DNA of 64,000 nucleotides from Candidatus Atabeyarchaeum deiterrae (GTDB lineage: Archaea > Asgardarchaeota > Atabeyarchaeia > Atabeyarchaeales > Atabeyarchaeaceae). Below, in pieces: positions 29,088-39,003 of this stretch (its first letter is position 1; each line of letters starts with the position of its first letter). The position numbers and the translations under genes are program-made. The notes beneath the pieces were generated by a model. The model was given only the letters and a program-made list of their open reading frames with translations. It was not told the origin of the DNA and did no database searches. The stretch spans positions 2,496,001-2,560,000 of the forward strand of contig CP147780.1 of assembly GCA_037310415.1 (NCBI GenBank), in the 5' to 3' direction.

Positions 29088-30050
29088 CTATAAATGCCTT
29101 CGTCGCAATGGGAGTGAGCGTCCCCTCTTCTTTTCTGCTCTGGTGTCAAAAAGTGCGTAGTCTGCAGCAACTGAACAGCGATGTCCTTCGACAAATGGCT
29201 TCCCTAAGTGTCTTATGGCATGAATTACATTAGGATCCAGTAGGCATCCGCTTTGCGCGCTCGGACATGAATGAGGACACGATCCATCATGCGCCGTGTA
29301 GCTGTTTATGAAGGCAATGTCTCCCTGCAATAGATCGAGTGGATCCTTCGGCAACACTCCCTTGACAACATCTGAGTTCGGAACTAGCAGCGCAACGGAA
29401 TCTGATGGTGGATCGAGGAAAACGATGCCGTCTCGCAATGACTTTATCGCGGGAGAGCATTTTCCATCTTTGGCAACATTCTGATATTCATCTTTTAGCT
29501 TCGAGGGGCTACCAAGCACTCTCAGAGAAGTGGGGGAGAATTGATGCGACTCAAGAAGCTTGAACATCACACTCTCGCTTAGAGAATCCGTATTGTACAT
29601 CAGAACTGAAGTCACGTTTCTGGCTGAACAAATCAGGCTAATAATTTCTTTGTGAAAAGAAAGTGCATCTTCGTCTGTCGCACTCTCTTTCAGAAAAGGA
29701 ACTGAAGTAAGTTCAGCTGCCATGCTTAACCGCGCATCTCCCTCAAGTTTACTGACTTCTCTCTGGATTGTGTTCAGGTACAAGGATCTGCCAGACTCTT
29801 CCATGTTTGGCGCATGGGAGCCATTGAGCAGAGTATAGCTGCTGATGCTTAGTAGCTTGACATATTGTTCTGCGTCTGCATCAATTAGGAGTCTATTAGA
29901 AAGAGCTTCAATTCTTGATGCCTTCAAAAAGGAGTTCAGGAATGCTAGTTTTTCTCCTAAGCCTGAGTAAAGGAAGAGGTAGCATCCGTCGCGCTCTGCC
30001 ATCCGGCTGTATATTAGTTCCCGCAATGATATGTTCAGACCTTTGGACAT
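29088..30050 (-). CDS. MEDS-like sensor domain protein with Cys-rich C-terminus
   Basis: CYLFLYSGLGEKLAFLNSFLK and VLMYN....LLESH resemble MEDS; CPHSC...C...HRC tail. Confidence 0.5.
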   Translation of the reverse strand: MSKGLNISLRELIYSRMAERDGCYLFLYSGLGEKLAFLNSFLKASRIEALSNRLLIDADAEQYVKLLSISSYTLLNGSHAPNMEESGRSLYLNTIQREVSKLEGDARLSMAAELTSVPFLKESATDEDALSFHKEIISLICSARNVTSVLMYNTDSLSESVMFKLLESHQFSPTSLRVLGSPSKLKDEYQNVAKDGKCSPAIKSLRDGIVFLDPPSDSVALLVPNSDVVKGVLPKDPLDLLQGDIAFINSYTAHDGSCPHSCPSAQSGCLLDPNVIHAIRHLGKPFVEGHRCSVAADYALFDTRAEKKRGRSLPLRRRHL

Positions 30051-30364
30051 TTGCGGCACCTCCTGCAAAAACTACCTGAATATGAAGCTCCACACTCACC
30101 ATCCACTCAGGCGGCTCCTTGATGCAAACGGCATGGATGGAGAGGCACTCAAACTATCAGACTTTCTTAATCCCTCTCAACATACTCGTTTTTCTGCTAC
30201 TATTGTGGGACATGAGAAGCAGTTGTTGCAACGATCTTAAATGTCTATCGTATCGCGTGAGATAGTCGCAACAAGTTGGATACACAGTTGGTATTTCCGC
30301 AATCAACAACTCGCCTAAGGGAATTGGATCTGCTTGATTATAGGGCTGACGGGCCAAAACCCAC

Positions 30365-31210
30365 CTATGCCTTAAGTTTTTCAGGATTCTCCGTCGATTT
30401 CTCTTCGATCTTGGCGCCTGCTTTGATCGCACCTTCCATGATCATCTGAGTAGCTTTCCGCACTCTCCTTTCGGCTTCATCTTCCGTCAGTGCCGTTGTT
30501 GAGATGCATACTTCTGACTTCCCGTGGCCTTTGACGCAACTCTTTATCCATGTGTCGCCCACCGTTCTCATAGCTTCAACAATTGTCGGCGCGAGCAAGG
30601 CCTCCGCGACGCCTGTGACCAGTAGGGTTTTTTCAAAATGGAAAGCACTCCCTAGATGGTTTTTGATCCATGGGATTATGCTGTAGTTGAATATTGCTTT
30701 CATTTCCGAAGGGACCCCAGGGACAGAGAAAATGACGGTGGCTTCATGCTCAATCATTACTCCGGGGGCAGCGCCAGCTGGATTTGGGAGAGGAGTTGAC
30801 TGCCATGGCAAGGTTGCCATTTTTCCCATTGATGACTCGACGTCCGTTATTCTAAGTATTCCTGCTTTCTCCGCAAGGTGGTACCTTTCCTGCACCATTC
30901 TTAGAGCGATCGAGTTGGTCTGAAGCTTTTTATTAAGTGCTTTTGCCACACCTTCGAGGGTCACATCGTCGTATGTTGGTCCGAGTCCACCAGACGTTAT
31001 GATGTAGTTTGGTCTTCTGCCAAGAGCTCCTCGAATAGCATCAGCAATAATATCGACGCGGTCTTCGATCACGGTCATCCTTCTGACTTGAATGCCTATG
31101 GATGTGAGCTCCTTTGCTATCCATTGTGAGTTTGTGTCTAGAATGTTACCATTTAGCAGTTCATTTCCAGTAAGTATCAGTTCAGCAGTCTTCCAAGCGT
31201 TGTCATTCAA
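30365..31210 (-). CDS. CinA N-terminal/molybdopterin-binding domain protein (COG1058)
   Basis: GNELLNGNILDTN, TSGGLGPTYDDVT, NPAGAAPG, PGVPSEM. Confidence 0.9.
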   Translation of the reverse strand: MNDNAWKTAELILTGNELLNGNILDTNSQWIAKELTSIGIQVRRMTVIEDRVDIIADAIRGALGRRPNYIITSGGLGPTYDDVTLEGVAKALNKKLQTNSIALRMVQERYHLAEKAGILRITDVESSMGKMATLPWQSTPLPNPAGAAPGVMIEHEATVIFSVPGVPSEMKAIFNYSIIPWIKNHLGSAFHFEKTLLVTGVAEALLAPTIVEAMRTVGDTWIKSCVKGHGKSEVCISTTALTEDEAERRVRKATQMIMEGAIKAGAKIEEKSTENPEKLKA

Positions 31211-31294
31211 GGTACCACCAGAGAGAGTATTGAATAGCCAGTCTTACAAACAGACCTGTCTCAGTGTTCTACGAGTTTGTAATTTCGGGGGTTC

Positions 31295-32242
31295 CTACTT
31301 CTTGAGCCTGCATATTACGTCGAATCCTCTGTTGAAGTACTCCACTTTGCCTTCTTTTCGGAGTTTGCTTAGATATGCAAGGACACATGATGCTAAGAAG
31401 TAGACCTCACTCGGAGGGCAATCGTACACCTCTTTTGTGATAGTCCAGATGTCTTTCTCATCGACTCCTTTAATGGATTCAATAATTGACTTTTCCCGTT
31501 TGAGTTTCCTTTCTATTGTTTCGTCTATTCTTTTGTATGGTTCCGTAACAAGCGGTCCATGACTTGGCAGAATCAGATTCAGATCAAGTTCTTTCAGTCT
31601 CTTGAGAGATGCTAGGTAATCACCCATGTCTCCGCTTGCATCATATCCCCATCGACCCACATAGGGTGTACCCGTGCCCAGCACTTGATCTCCTGAGAAC
31701 AGAGTCTTCTTATCTTCATCGTACAGGCATATGTGTCCTCTGGCGTGCCCTGGGGTGTGAATGACTCGGAGTGCCTTACCATCCACTTGATCCAGCAAGT
31801 CCCCATCTTCGACGATCCTACTCACTTTGGTTGGCTTGATAAGATTGAAAAAGCTGCCCCATCGTCTCAGTTGATCACCGGCTTCTTTGGGCAGGCTCTT
31901 TATGACATCCTCTCCTTCGACCATCCTTGATGGGTTCTCAATATACTCTCTGGCGATTCTGTGGGCAACTATTAGTGCGCCTGTCGACTCGACCAGTGAG
32001 TAGTTTCCTGAGAAGTGCTCTATGTGTTCATGCGTGTTCACTACGAAGGACACGTCTCTTCTGCGTAGTCCTAGTTCGTCAATTCCTTTCGTGAGGAATC
32101 GGTCTGACGTAGCGTCTCCCATTCCTGTATCTATGACAATTGAGGATTTTGTGCCCTTAATTATGTAAACGTTCAGGACAGGAGTATCATGAAAAGGTAG
32201 TTTCAGTTCAATAATATGTACAGATTCTGAGACTTGTATCAT
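31295..32242 (-). CDS. Metallo-beta-lactamase-fold hydrolase with C-terminal wHTH
   Basis: IDTG, THEHIEHF, TPGHARGH, FSGD, PSHG. Confidence 0.9.
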   Translation of the reverse strand: MIQVSESVHIIELKLPFHDTPVLNVYIIKGTKSSIVIDTGMGDATSDRFLTKGIDELGLRRRDVSFVVNTHEHIEHFSGNYSLVESTGALIVAHRIAREYIENPSRMVEGEDVIKSLPKEAGDQLRRWGSFFNLIKPTKVSRIVEDGDLLDQVDGKALRVIHTPGHARGHICLYDEDKKTLFSGDQVLGTGTPYVGRWGYDASGDMGDYLASLKRLKELDLNLILPSHGPLVTEPYKRIDETIERKLKREKSIIESIKGVDEKDIWTITKEVYDCPPSEVYFLASCVLAYLSKLRKEGKVEYFNRGFDVICRLKK

Positions 32243-32428
32243 GGGGAAGCCTTCGCGACATAAGTTTCTAAGACCTTATTTCAAGTTGATATATAATGAT
32301 TGCTGACACGGAAGAAGCGCTGAGTGAACAGCAGAATAGTGACTGCAATTCGATAAATCAGATTGTATGTAAGTCTGAGAACATATCCCCAGCAGAGGGA
32401 GAAATGAGGAGGTAAACCATTCCTTTCG

Positions 32429-32962
32429 CTAGTAGAGCTTTCGTTTGACGGTTACCTCTTGAGTCGTCTCATTGTAGTTAACCAGGTTAGCGTTCGCAAG
32501 ATCATATATGCTTTTCAATACGATGGCAGGTTGAACGCCAGATGTGTTATTTATTTCGCTTCGGGTCAAACTTTGTTTCTTGCCATGAAGCAGCCAAAGT
32601 ATCTTTGCGTGAGGCCTGCCTTCAAAAACCTCTTCGAGCAAAGTCACGTAAATTGTCAGAAGCTCTTTGACATCAACTTGCTCCGTTACCCTGCCAGAGA
32701 GCTCTTGGTATGTCTTGGAAAGTTTCTGAAGTTGAGTTTCATAACCTCCGAGCTTTGATACAAGATCGACGTTAGACTGTTTTAGCTTCGACAACTCCAC
32801 GTCCTTCGTGTCAAGTTCAGCTTTCTTGTCTTCCTCGGCTTTCCTGGCAACTTCTAATGCTTCCTTGATTCTGGTGCGTAAGTCTCCAAATCTACTCTCA
32901 AACTCTGATAATCTGCTGTCAATATCCTTTAGAATTGACGACTGTCGGTTCGATGAGCTCAT
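32429..32962 (-). CDS. Coiled-coil + winged-helix protein
   Basis: Heptad-rich N-terminal ~95 aa, then HAKILWLL...TRSEI...IYDLANANLV wHTH. Confidence 0.7.
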   Translation of the reverse strand: MSSSNRQSSILKDIDSRLSEFESRFGDLRTRIKEALEVARKAEEDKKAELDTKDVELSKLKQSNVDLVSKLGGYETQLQKLSKTYQELSGRVTEQVDVKELLTIYVTLLEEVFEGRPHAKILWLLHGKKQSLTRSEINNTSGVQPAIVLKSIYDLANANLVNYNETTQEVTVKRKLY

Positions 32963-33576
32963 ATTGATAGGCTCCTTTCTCTTTGAGTCCAGAGTGAGAA
33001 TTTCCAGTTGAGAATACTTGAAATGGATAGTTTATAACTCTTTACTCGGTCATGAATCGACGTGATCCGTAGACCCATCTTCTCAGAGTCGTAGCGCGAT
33101 TCTTTTTCTCTTCTTTATGAGATAGCTGTTGGTAAGACGCCATCTTGATATTTGAACTTTAATACGAGTATTCTCTACCCGTTTAGATGGGTGGGCTTCG
33201 AGTATTCCTGACTTGAAGGCTGAGGCCGAGAGCCATTGGTGGCGACAACTGTTGTGCGATTTCACTCTTGCCCAAGTTGCAGGTCACATTGGGAAACTGT
33301 ACCTGTTAATTAGAGACGGATACAATTAAGACAAATAGTTGAAGCTATTGATGAAAGTACTTATACTCGGAAGACGATCTTAGGTGGGAAATTCAACACC
33401 CATCGCCCGAAGCCCAATTATAAACGGTCTGGAATACCGACAGACTCGAAGGTCGATGCAAGCACTTTTCATCGAGGGCAGAGGAAAATGGATTCAGAGA
33501 CCGGGACTAATGAGAGACTGCTTCGCTCGTTGGGATTGCACCACCATCAGCTGCTATTGCAGGAAAGTCTAACTAG

Positions 33577-35928
33577 GTGAGCGGCGGCATGTACACTGAT
33601 TTTCTCATCGGCATCGGCTATCTCCTTGGACAAAAGGATAGAACCAAGTTGCTCAGATTGACTCTAAGCCTGACGAACAGAGAATCAGACGATTTTGCCC
33701 GCGTGTTTTATGAGTTGGCGCCATATCTCAAAGTGGAAGAAAAGCGCAAGTATGGTAGTGAAGCGCTAGAGAGTGACGCTTCTTCGCTTTCTAATCTCGT
33801 AATTTTGTCAAGCTGCTCTAATTACCTGCCAAAGGACAATGTTACCAGAAGAATCAGATTGTGCCTAGAATCAATAAGAAGAGAGCTTCCATCCGTGAAA
33901 CCCGACTTGATCAGTAAATCGCATCACGGTTTCGTTTCATTCATGATTCAGCAAGGACTGTCCACCATCATCGACTATGAGAGTGATTCCATCTCAGTCA
34001 TAGCTAATATTGTGGAGCAAGAAGACCGACTTAACGAAGCAGCCGAGTACTTCAGTAAGTCGCGAATCTGGTTGAGCAGGATCTCGTTGGCACAAGCTTC
34101 ACTGACGTACCTGCGAGCAACAAAAACCACGAGCATAAAAGTGCCAGAAACACTTGATCAAGCGCGGCGAAAAGCTCTTGCATCGACCAGCAACATGAAG
34201 AAGTTCAGCGACTATGGCACGCTATTCACAGGATTCAGGGTCTTGTACCTGATCGATTATAGAATTTATACGATGTCACATACAAGTAACAAAAAGGCAT
34301 TGAAGATTTCGAGCCGGATGAGACACGATGCTCGACTCATGATCGTCGCGGGGGAAAATGTAGCTGATGTCGAAAAGCTTGCAGGTGCCTACACTGATAT
34401 GGGAATAGCTTTGAGGATCCAAGGCGAACTCGAGAAGAAACTTGCCAAGAAGAGGCTACTACTCGAGTCAGCAAGAGAAATGCATCTGAAAGCAGCTTCC
34501 ATGATGAGAGGAATAAATGATGGCTCATTTGCCCTGCATCTCTATAACGCGGGTTCAACTCTGATTGGTCTAGCGTCATTTGAACCAAATGATGTTAAGC
34601 TCAACGACCTTTACGAAAGGGCGTCGAAGGAAATGGATGAAGTGATTAGTCTGTCTAGCGCTTCAGTCGAAGCCAAGACCCGCGTTATGGCAATAATAAC
34701 CAAACTTCTTTGCATGGAGGAGACGAGTGAATCAAAGCCAGTCTCAGTTACAGCGGATGCTCTGGCGGAGTTGGACCGCCTTAGCAAACAGCTCGAAGAA
34801 ATCAGAGCGAGAGCTTACGAGCTCTATGTCCTCCCCTATGCATACATGAATCTATCACGATACTATCTGAAGTTGCTGAGAAACAGCGGAAGGCATCGCA
34901 AGGAATTCATTGAGAAAGCCAATACAAACGCGATAAAGGCATACGAGATTGCCGAGAGCATTTCTAATATTGAGATTCTGTGGGCTATTCTTCTTCTTGA
35001 GGCAGAGATTCTGACGGCAAAAGGAATTATGAACAATGACCTGGAAGCGCTTGACAAGGCCAGCGTCATGATCGAGAAATCCTGTGAACTGGTGGAAGGA
35101 AACGTAGATTCGAGAATCTTCAGGAGCTTATCTTTCGCCCCAGAGATCCATCTCGCCAAGTATGGTTTCACTGGCAATCCGAAAGAGTTGAGCAAAGCCA
35201 TTGCATATTCAAAGCGATGTATCGCGATATGTGTGAAGCTCCGATATCTGCAATTCGCCGGAGAGGAATCATTCAGGTTGGCAACAATGTATGTTCTCGC
35301 AGGTGAGGACAGAAGAGCAGAAGAATCCCTAGATCAGGCAGCAAGACTATTCAAGAAGTCAGGTGAAGCCAATCTTGCATTTAAGCGCGAGCTCGACAAT
35401 TCGTCAAGAATATGCAAAGCGACGAAGAAACTAGTTAAGGCTCAGACGGCACTAAAGGCTGGTCAAAAAGCAAGGGCTAGAGCACTGGCGGAACAAGCTG
35501 AGAACGAGATGGTTAAGGCAAATGCTAGATGGAGAGAAGTTTGGTTAGTCAGAGGATTGAAGGAACTGATCTTGGGCAACCCAGAAGAAGCAAAGAAGAA
35601 TCTTATAAGGATCCTCGAGGAATCGCTTGATGAAAAAAACCCGATTTCAACAGGGTACACTGCCAAGAGACTGATGAGCTTCATTGATGAGGATTCAGAG
35701 ATGGGCAAGAAAATACTTCCGCCAACCGTGATCGACATGCCTCTCAAAAGTGAGACAATACTCGCAGTAATTAGACTGGACAGGATCGGCAAAGAGATTT
35801 CATCAATGGTGGGAGCAGGGCAAGAAGAGCAAAAGGAACTCAACATAGATGAGATTCGTGAGACAATCAGAAGACTAACGGGAACTGGGAATAGGGAAGA
35901 GAAGAACTCGGCGAAGAAAACACCCTAG
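33577..35928 (+). CDS. Large alpha-solenoid (TPR-like) protein
   Basis: 783-aa helical ORF with degenerate TPR units (LAGAYTDMGIAL, AEESLDQAARLF). Confidence 0.7.
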   Translation: MSGGMYTDFLIGIGYLLGQKDRTKLLRLTLSLTNRESDDFARVFYELAPYLKVEEKRKYGSEALESDASSLSNLVILSSCSNYLPKDNVTRRIRLCLESIRRELPSVKPDLISKSHHGFVSFMIQQGLSTIIDYESDSISVIANIVEQEDRLNEAAEYFSKSRIWLSRISLAQASLTYLRATKTTSIKVPETLDQARRKALASTSNMKKFSDYGTLFTGFRVLYLIDYRIYTMSHTSNKKALKISSRMRHDARLMIVAGENVADVEKLAGAYTDMGIALRIQGELEKKLAKKRLLLESAREMHLKAASMMRGINDGSFALHLYNAGSTLIGLASFEPNDVKLNDLYERASKEMDEVISLSSASVEAKTRVMAIITKLLCMEETSESKPVSVTADALAELDRLSKQLEEIRARAYELYVLPYAYMNLSRYYLKLLRNSGRHRKEFIEKANTNAIKAYEIAESISNIEILWAILLLEAEILTAKGIMNNDLEALDKASVMIEKSCELVEGNVDSRIFRSLSFAPEIHLAKYGFTGNPKELSKAIAYSKRCIAICVKLRYLQFAGEESFRLATMYVLAGEDRRAEESLDQAARLFKKSGEANLAFKRELDNSSRICKATKKLVKAQTALKAGQKARARALAEQAENEMVKANARWREVWLVRGLKELILGNPEEAKKNLIRILEESLDEKNPISTGYTAKRLMSFIDEDSEMGKKILPPTVIDMPLKSETILAVIRLDRIGKEISSMVGAGQEEQKELNIDEIRETIRRLTGTGNREEKNSAKKTP

Positions 35929-35931
35929 TGA

Positions 35932-36423
35932 GTGGTTTCAGCAATGAGTATCGAGAAAAACTATCTGGTGCTCAGATGCCCCAACTGTAGTTACTACGCG
36001 ATTGCGCAAGCGGGGCAGAAGACTCATATGTGTGTCAGGTGCGGGAACAGAAACAAGGTAGACAATTCGTTCCCAAGAGTAATTCAAGGTTTTGATGAAG
36101 CACATAGACTAGTCAAGGAGCTAAACTCTAAGGAAGTACTGGACAATACAAGTACTTCAAAAGATCCGTCGAAAGCTGCTCTGGTGAATGAGAGCTTGAA
36201 GGGAAACGTCATTGCCAAGGATCGAGCCAAGGGTTTGCTAAGGACATTCAGGGAAGATGTATTGCCAAAATATCTAGACAAGGAAGTCGAAGAGTCCAGA
36301 CTCATTTCAGAGTGTAGAAATGCGGGCATACCGAATGCCTATGCTGAGAAGATTATTGCAGAGTCTGTAGAGAACGGTTTAGCATACCGTCCGAGAAAAG
36401 ATTGGATAAGATTTCTGTCATGA
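35932..36423 (+). CDS. Zn-ribbon (DUF1922-like) + wHTH protein
   Basis: RCPNC...MCVRCG; C-terminal ENGLAYRPRKDWIRFL wHTH end. Confidence 0.7.
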   Translation: MVSAMSIEKNYLVLRCPNCSYYAIAQAGQKTHMCVRCGNRNKVDNSFPRVIQGFDEAHRLVKELNSKEVLDNTSTSKDPSKAALVNESLKGNVIAKDRAKGLLRTFREDVLPKYLDKEVEESRLISECRNAGIPNAYAEKIIAESVENGLAYRPRKDWIRFLS

Positions 36424-38922
36424 CAACGAGGCAAGTTGCCTGTGATTGATGATCCTCGCAACGTATTCTATTATCATCGATGCCGTGCTTTCATGCAACT
36501 TCACGACTTCAGCAAGTTCTTCAACTGAAGCTCTGCCAAGTTCGTCCAAGCCTGTGTATCCTAGATCATAGAGAGCCCTGGCTGATTTTCGCCCTATCGA
36601 TGGTATTGATGGTTCAACTAGGGGCAGAAGCTCTTCTCTAACTCCGAACCGAATCCTTTTGCCAATCGTTGACAAATCCTTTGAGAGGTTTACGAGTCCA
36701 AGAAGTCGTGCCACATTTGCCGTCGCATTCGCTAGTCTAGCAACTTCCACAATCAGCTCGTGGAAGTCCCCTGGGGCCAACGCTTTGGATCCTGTAATCG
36801 TCTCTTCGTTTCTCTCGTCGATCCATTCTACTATCGCCTTCATGACGGCGCGTTGGTTCGTGACTAGTCGTTCTCCACTTTCAATGATCAAGGCTCTCAA
36901 AACGATGTTGATCATTGACTCCACTTCGAGTCTAGTATCGGTATGCAGTTCCGCGAAAGCGTTTTTTATGAAAATCGCTGTAAGTACATGCAAATATGAT
37001 GTCGCGGTGATATGCCCGAGTTCAGTGCACTCATATTTCCTGTCAACGATTGTGACTAGTCCAGAGCTCACTAGCCGGTCCAATGGTAATGAGGTTGAAA
37101 GGGAACGAAAGATGATGTCTTCAGAGTGTAGTCTGGTCGCGGAGGCATGGAGCGCACACCTAGCCAAGCCTAATAGATGTTTGCACAGTTTACCGTTACT
37201 ATTCCATTCTGCTTCTGAGTGTTTCAAATGCATCTCCTGGCAATCACATCTTGCACCTCTGCTTGAATCGAAGGAGCATGAAATCCAAATCCGTCCGCCT
37301 TCATCCATTACCCTTGCTTCAATCCTCTCCCTGGAGATATCCAGAATTCTCACAAAGGATCGCTTGTGATGGTTCTTGTTGTCTTCTTCTCTTCTTGGAG
37401 ATGAGAGTAGTCTCAGTAATCCTTGAATATCAAATGAATCTGCCCTCAGCAGTAGATTAACATCGGAGTCTCTCTTGTTTCTTGTTTTCCACCAAAGTGT
37501 TTTTGAGAGATAGTCAAGTAGATCGCTTTCACCACATTCTCCCAACTCATGAATCCGGATTAGGAGTTGTTCGAGCATCGCGTCCTCTTCGTTCATTCTA
37601 GACTCGATTAAGGGGAGCCTGTACCTCAGTCTGGGTCCTTGTTTTTCTTTGATGTCTTGGTCGAAATACATTCTCTTTACGAACTCCTGCTCAGCTATGC
37701 TATCAACGAGTATCACTCCATGCCCAGACGTGTCATAGCCAAGACGACCGGCTCTGCCAAGCATTTGATCCAGCCTATCAGGTTCGACCCTTCTAAGCAG
37801 GGGCAGAGGAGCAAAGGCACCATGGGATTCTGACTCAACGTATGAGGTGTCTGTGATGATAACCATGCTCGCGGGAGTGTTAATTCCTGTTCCGAGCGTT
37901 GTTGTGCAAACAATTGCCTTGATGATACGTTTTCTGAACCCTTCTTCAACGATATTTCGCTCTTCGGCTTTCAGTCCAGCATGATGGAATGACACTCCAT
38001 CAGCGATTAGTGATGCTAGTTTCCGCGTTACCATCGGGATTTCATCATTGTTTGTCAGCAATGTTGAGGAGAGCCCTTCTGTATCAGTTCTTTCTTCAAC
38101 GGTCAATGTTTCCCGAAGAGCGTTGGAGAGAAGAAATGCGATTTGTTCCGACCGAGATCTACTATTCGTGAATACGATCACGCTTCCTCCTTGCGAGATA
38201 CTTCTCAGTGAAAGCGCGATTGCTGACCTAACCTTGTTGCTTGTTATCGTTACATCTAAGTAGAGTGGTACTGGTCGTTTGTCCAATCTTATCAGCTTGC
38301 AGCCAAGCCAGTTGGCTACTTCGTCAGCATTCCTGATTGGAGGACAAAGAGCGATGAGTTGAACGTCGGGCAGCTTCTCCTTCAATCTGATTATAGTAGA
38401 TTCGAGTCTCGGACCTCTACTCTTGTGAGATAAATAGTTGATCTCGTCAGTCACAACTAGACTGATTCTTTTCAGCCACCAGACCTTCGATCTGATTGAG
38501 GAGTCGAATCGTTCGTATGTAACAACCATGGCCTGACAATTAGCAAGAGAGTCTTCACTCAAGTGAGGGGGAAAATCCCCTGTATTCATAACCACTCTGA
38601 AGCCTTTGTATCCCAATGCTTGCCTGAGTAAGTTGAACAACTGATGAGCAAGTGCCTTCAAGGGAACGAGGAAAACGGCTTTTCTATTAGCATTCGTCTC
38701 AACCAAGAGCTTCAAAGCTGCAATTAGTCCGATGAGTGTTTTTCCACTCCCTGAGGGGGCAACAACAATCAGATTGGCCCCCTCAAGTAGGCCCTCATCT
38801 AGTGCTTGCCTCTGAATTCTGTTCAACTCATGTATATCGAGTCTTCTGAGTGCACCGTCCAATGCCGACTGGAAGTTCTCCCCGTGCGTCCTATTAATAT
38901 CACCAGGTGACTCGGGAGTCAA
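36418..38922 (-). CDS. Hel308/Ski2-like SF2 helicase with inserted SWIM zinc finger
   Basis: APSGSGKT, VPLKALA, DEIN, FHHAGL, TTTLGTGINTPA, QMLGRAGR, C-terminal HhH; CDC...CKH insert. Confidence 0.88.
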   Translation of the reverse strand: MTPESPGDINRTHGENFQSALDGALRRLDIHELNRIQRQALDEGLLEGANLIVVAPSGSGKTLIGLIAALKLLVETNANRKAVFLVPLKALAHQLFNLLRQALGYKGFRVVMNTGDFPPHLSEDSLANCQAMVVTYERFDSSIRSKVWWLKRISLVVTDEINYLSHKSRGPRLESTIIRLKEKLPDVQLIALCPPIRNADEVANWLGCKLIRLDKRPVPLYLDVTITSNKVRSAIALSLRSISQGGSVIVFTNSRSRSEQIAFLLSNALRETLTVEERTDTEGLSSTLLTNNDEIPMVTRKLASLIADGVSFHHAGLKAEERNIVEEGFRKRIIKAIVCTTTLGTGINTPASMVIITDTSYVESESHGAFAPLPLLRRVEPDRLDQMLGRAGRLGYDTSGHGVILVDSIAEQEFVKRMYFDQDIKEKQGPRLRYRLPLIESRMNEEDAMLEQLLIRIHELGECGESDLLDYLSKTLWWKTRNKRDSDVNLLLRADSFDIQGLLRLLSSPRREEDNKNHHKRSFVRILDISRERIEARVMDEGGRIWISCSFDSSRGARCDCQEMHLKHSEAEWNSNGKLCKHLLGLARCALHASATRLHSEDIIFRSLSTSLPLDRLVSSGLVTIVDRKYECTELGHITATSYLHVLTAIFIKNAFAELHTDTRLEVESMINIVLRALIIESGERLVTNQRAVMKAIVEWIDERNEETITGSKALAPGDFHELIVEVARLANATANVARLLGLVNLSKDLSTIGKRIRFGVREELLPLVEPSIPSIGRKSARALYDLGYTGLDELGRASVEELAEVVKLHESTASMIIEYVARIINHRQLASLS

Positions 38923-39003
38923 GCAACAGCATCCCTCTCATGGAAAGGCGTTTCGCATTTGACCAAAAAACCGATCGGAGATATTCGCATTGAAGTAGAG
39001 TAA

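Noticed and set aside
30157-30432. Small ORF between the MEDS-like and CinA-like genes
   Set aside because: Overlaps cinA and has no recognisable motif; a shorter real peptide cannot be excluded
33083-33572. 60-62 aa ORFs in the long intergenic gap
   Set aside because: No SD or motif support, and composition is unlike neighbouring proteins
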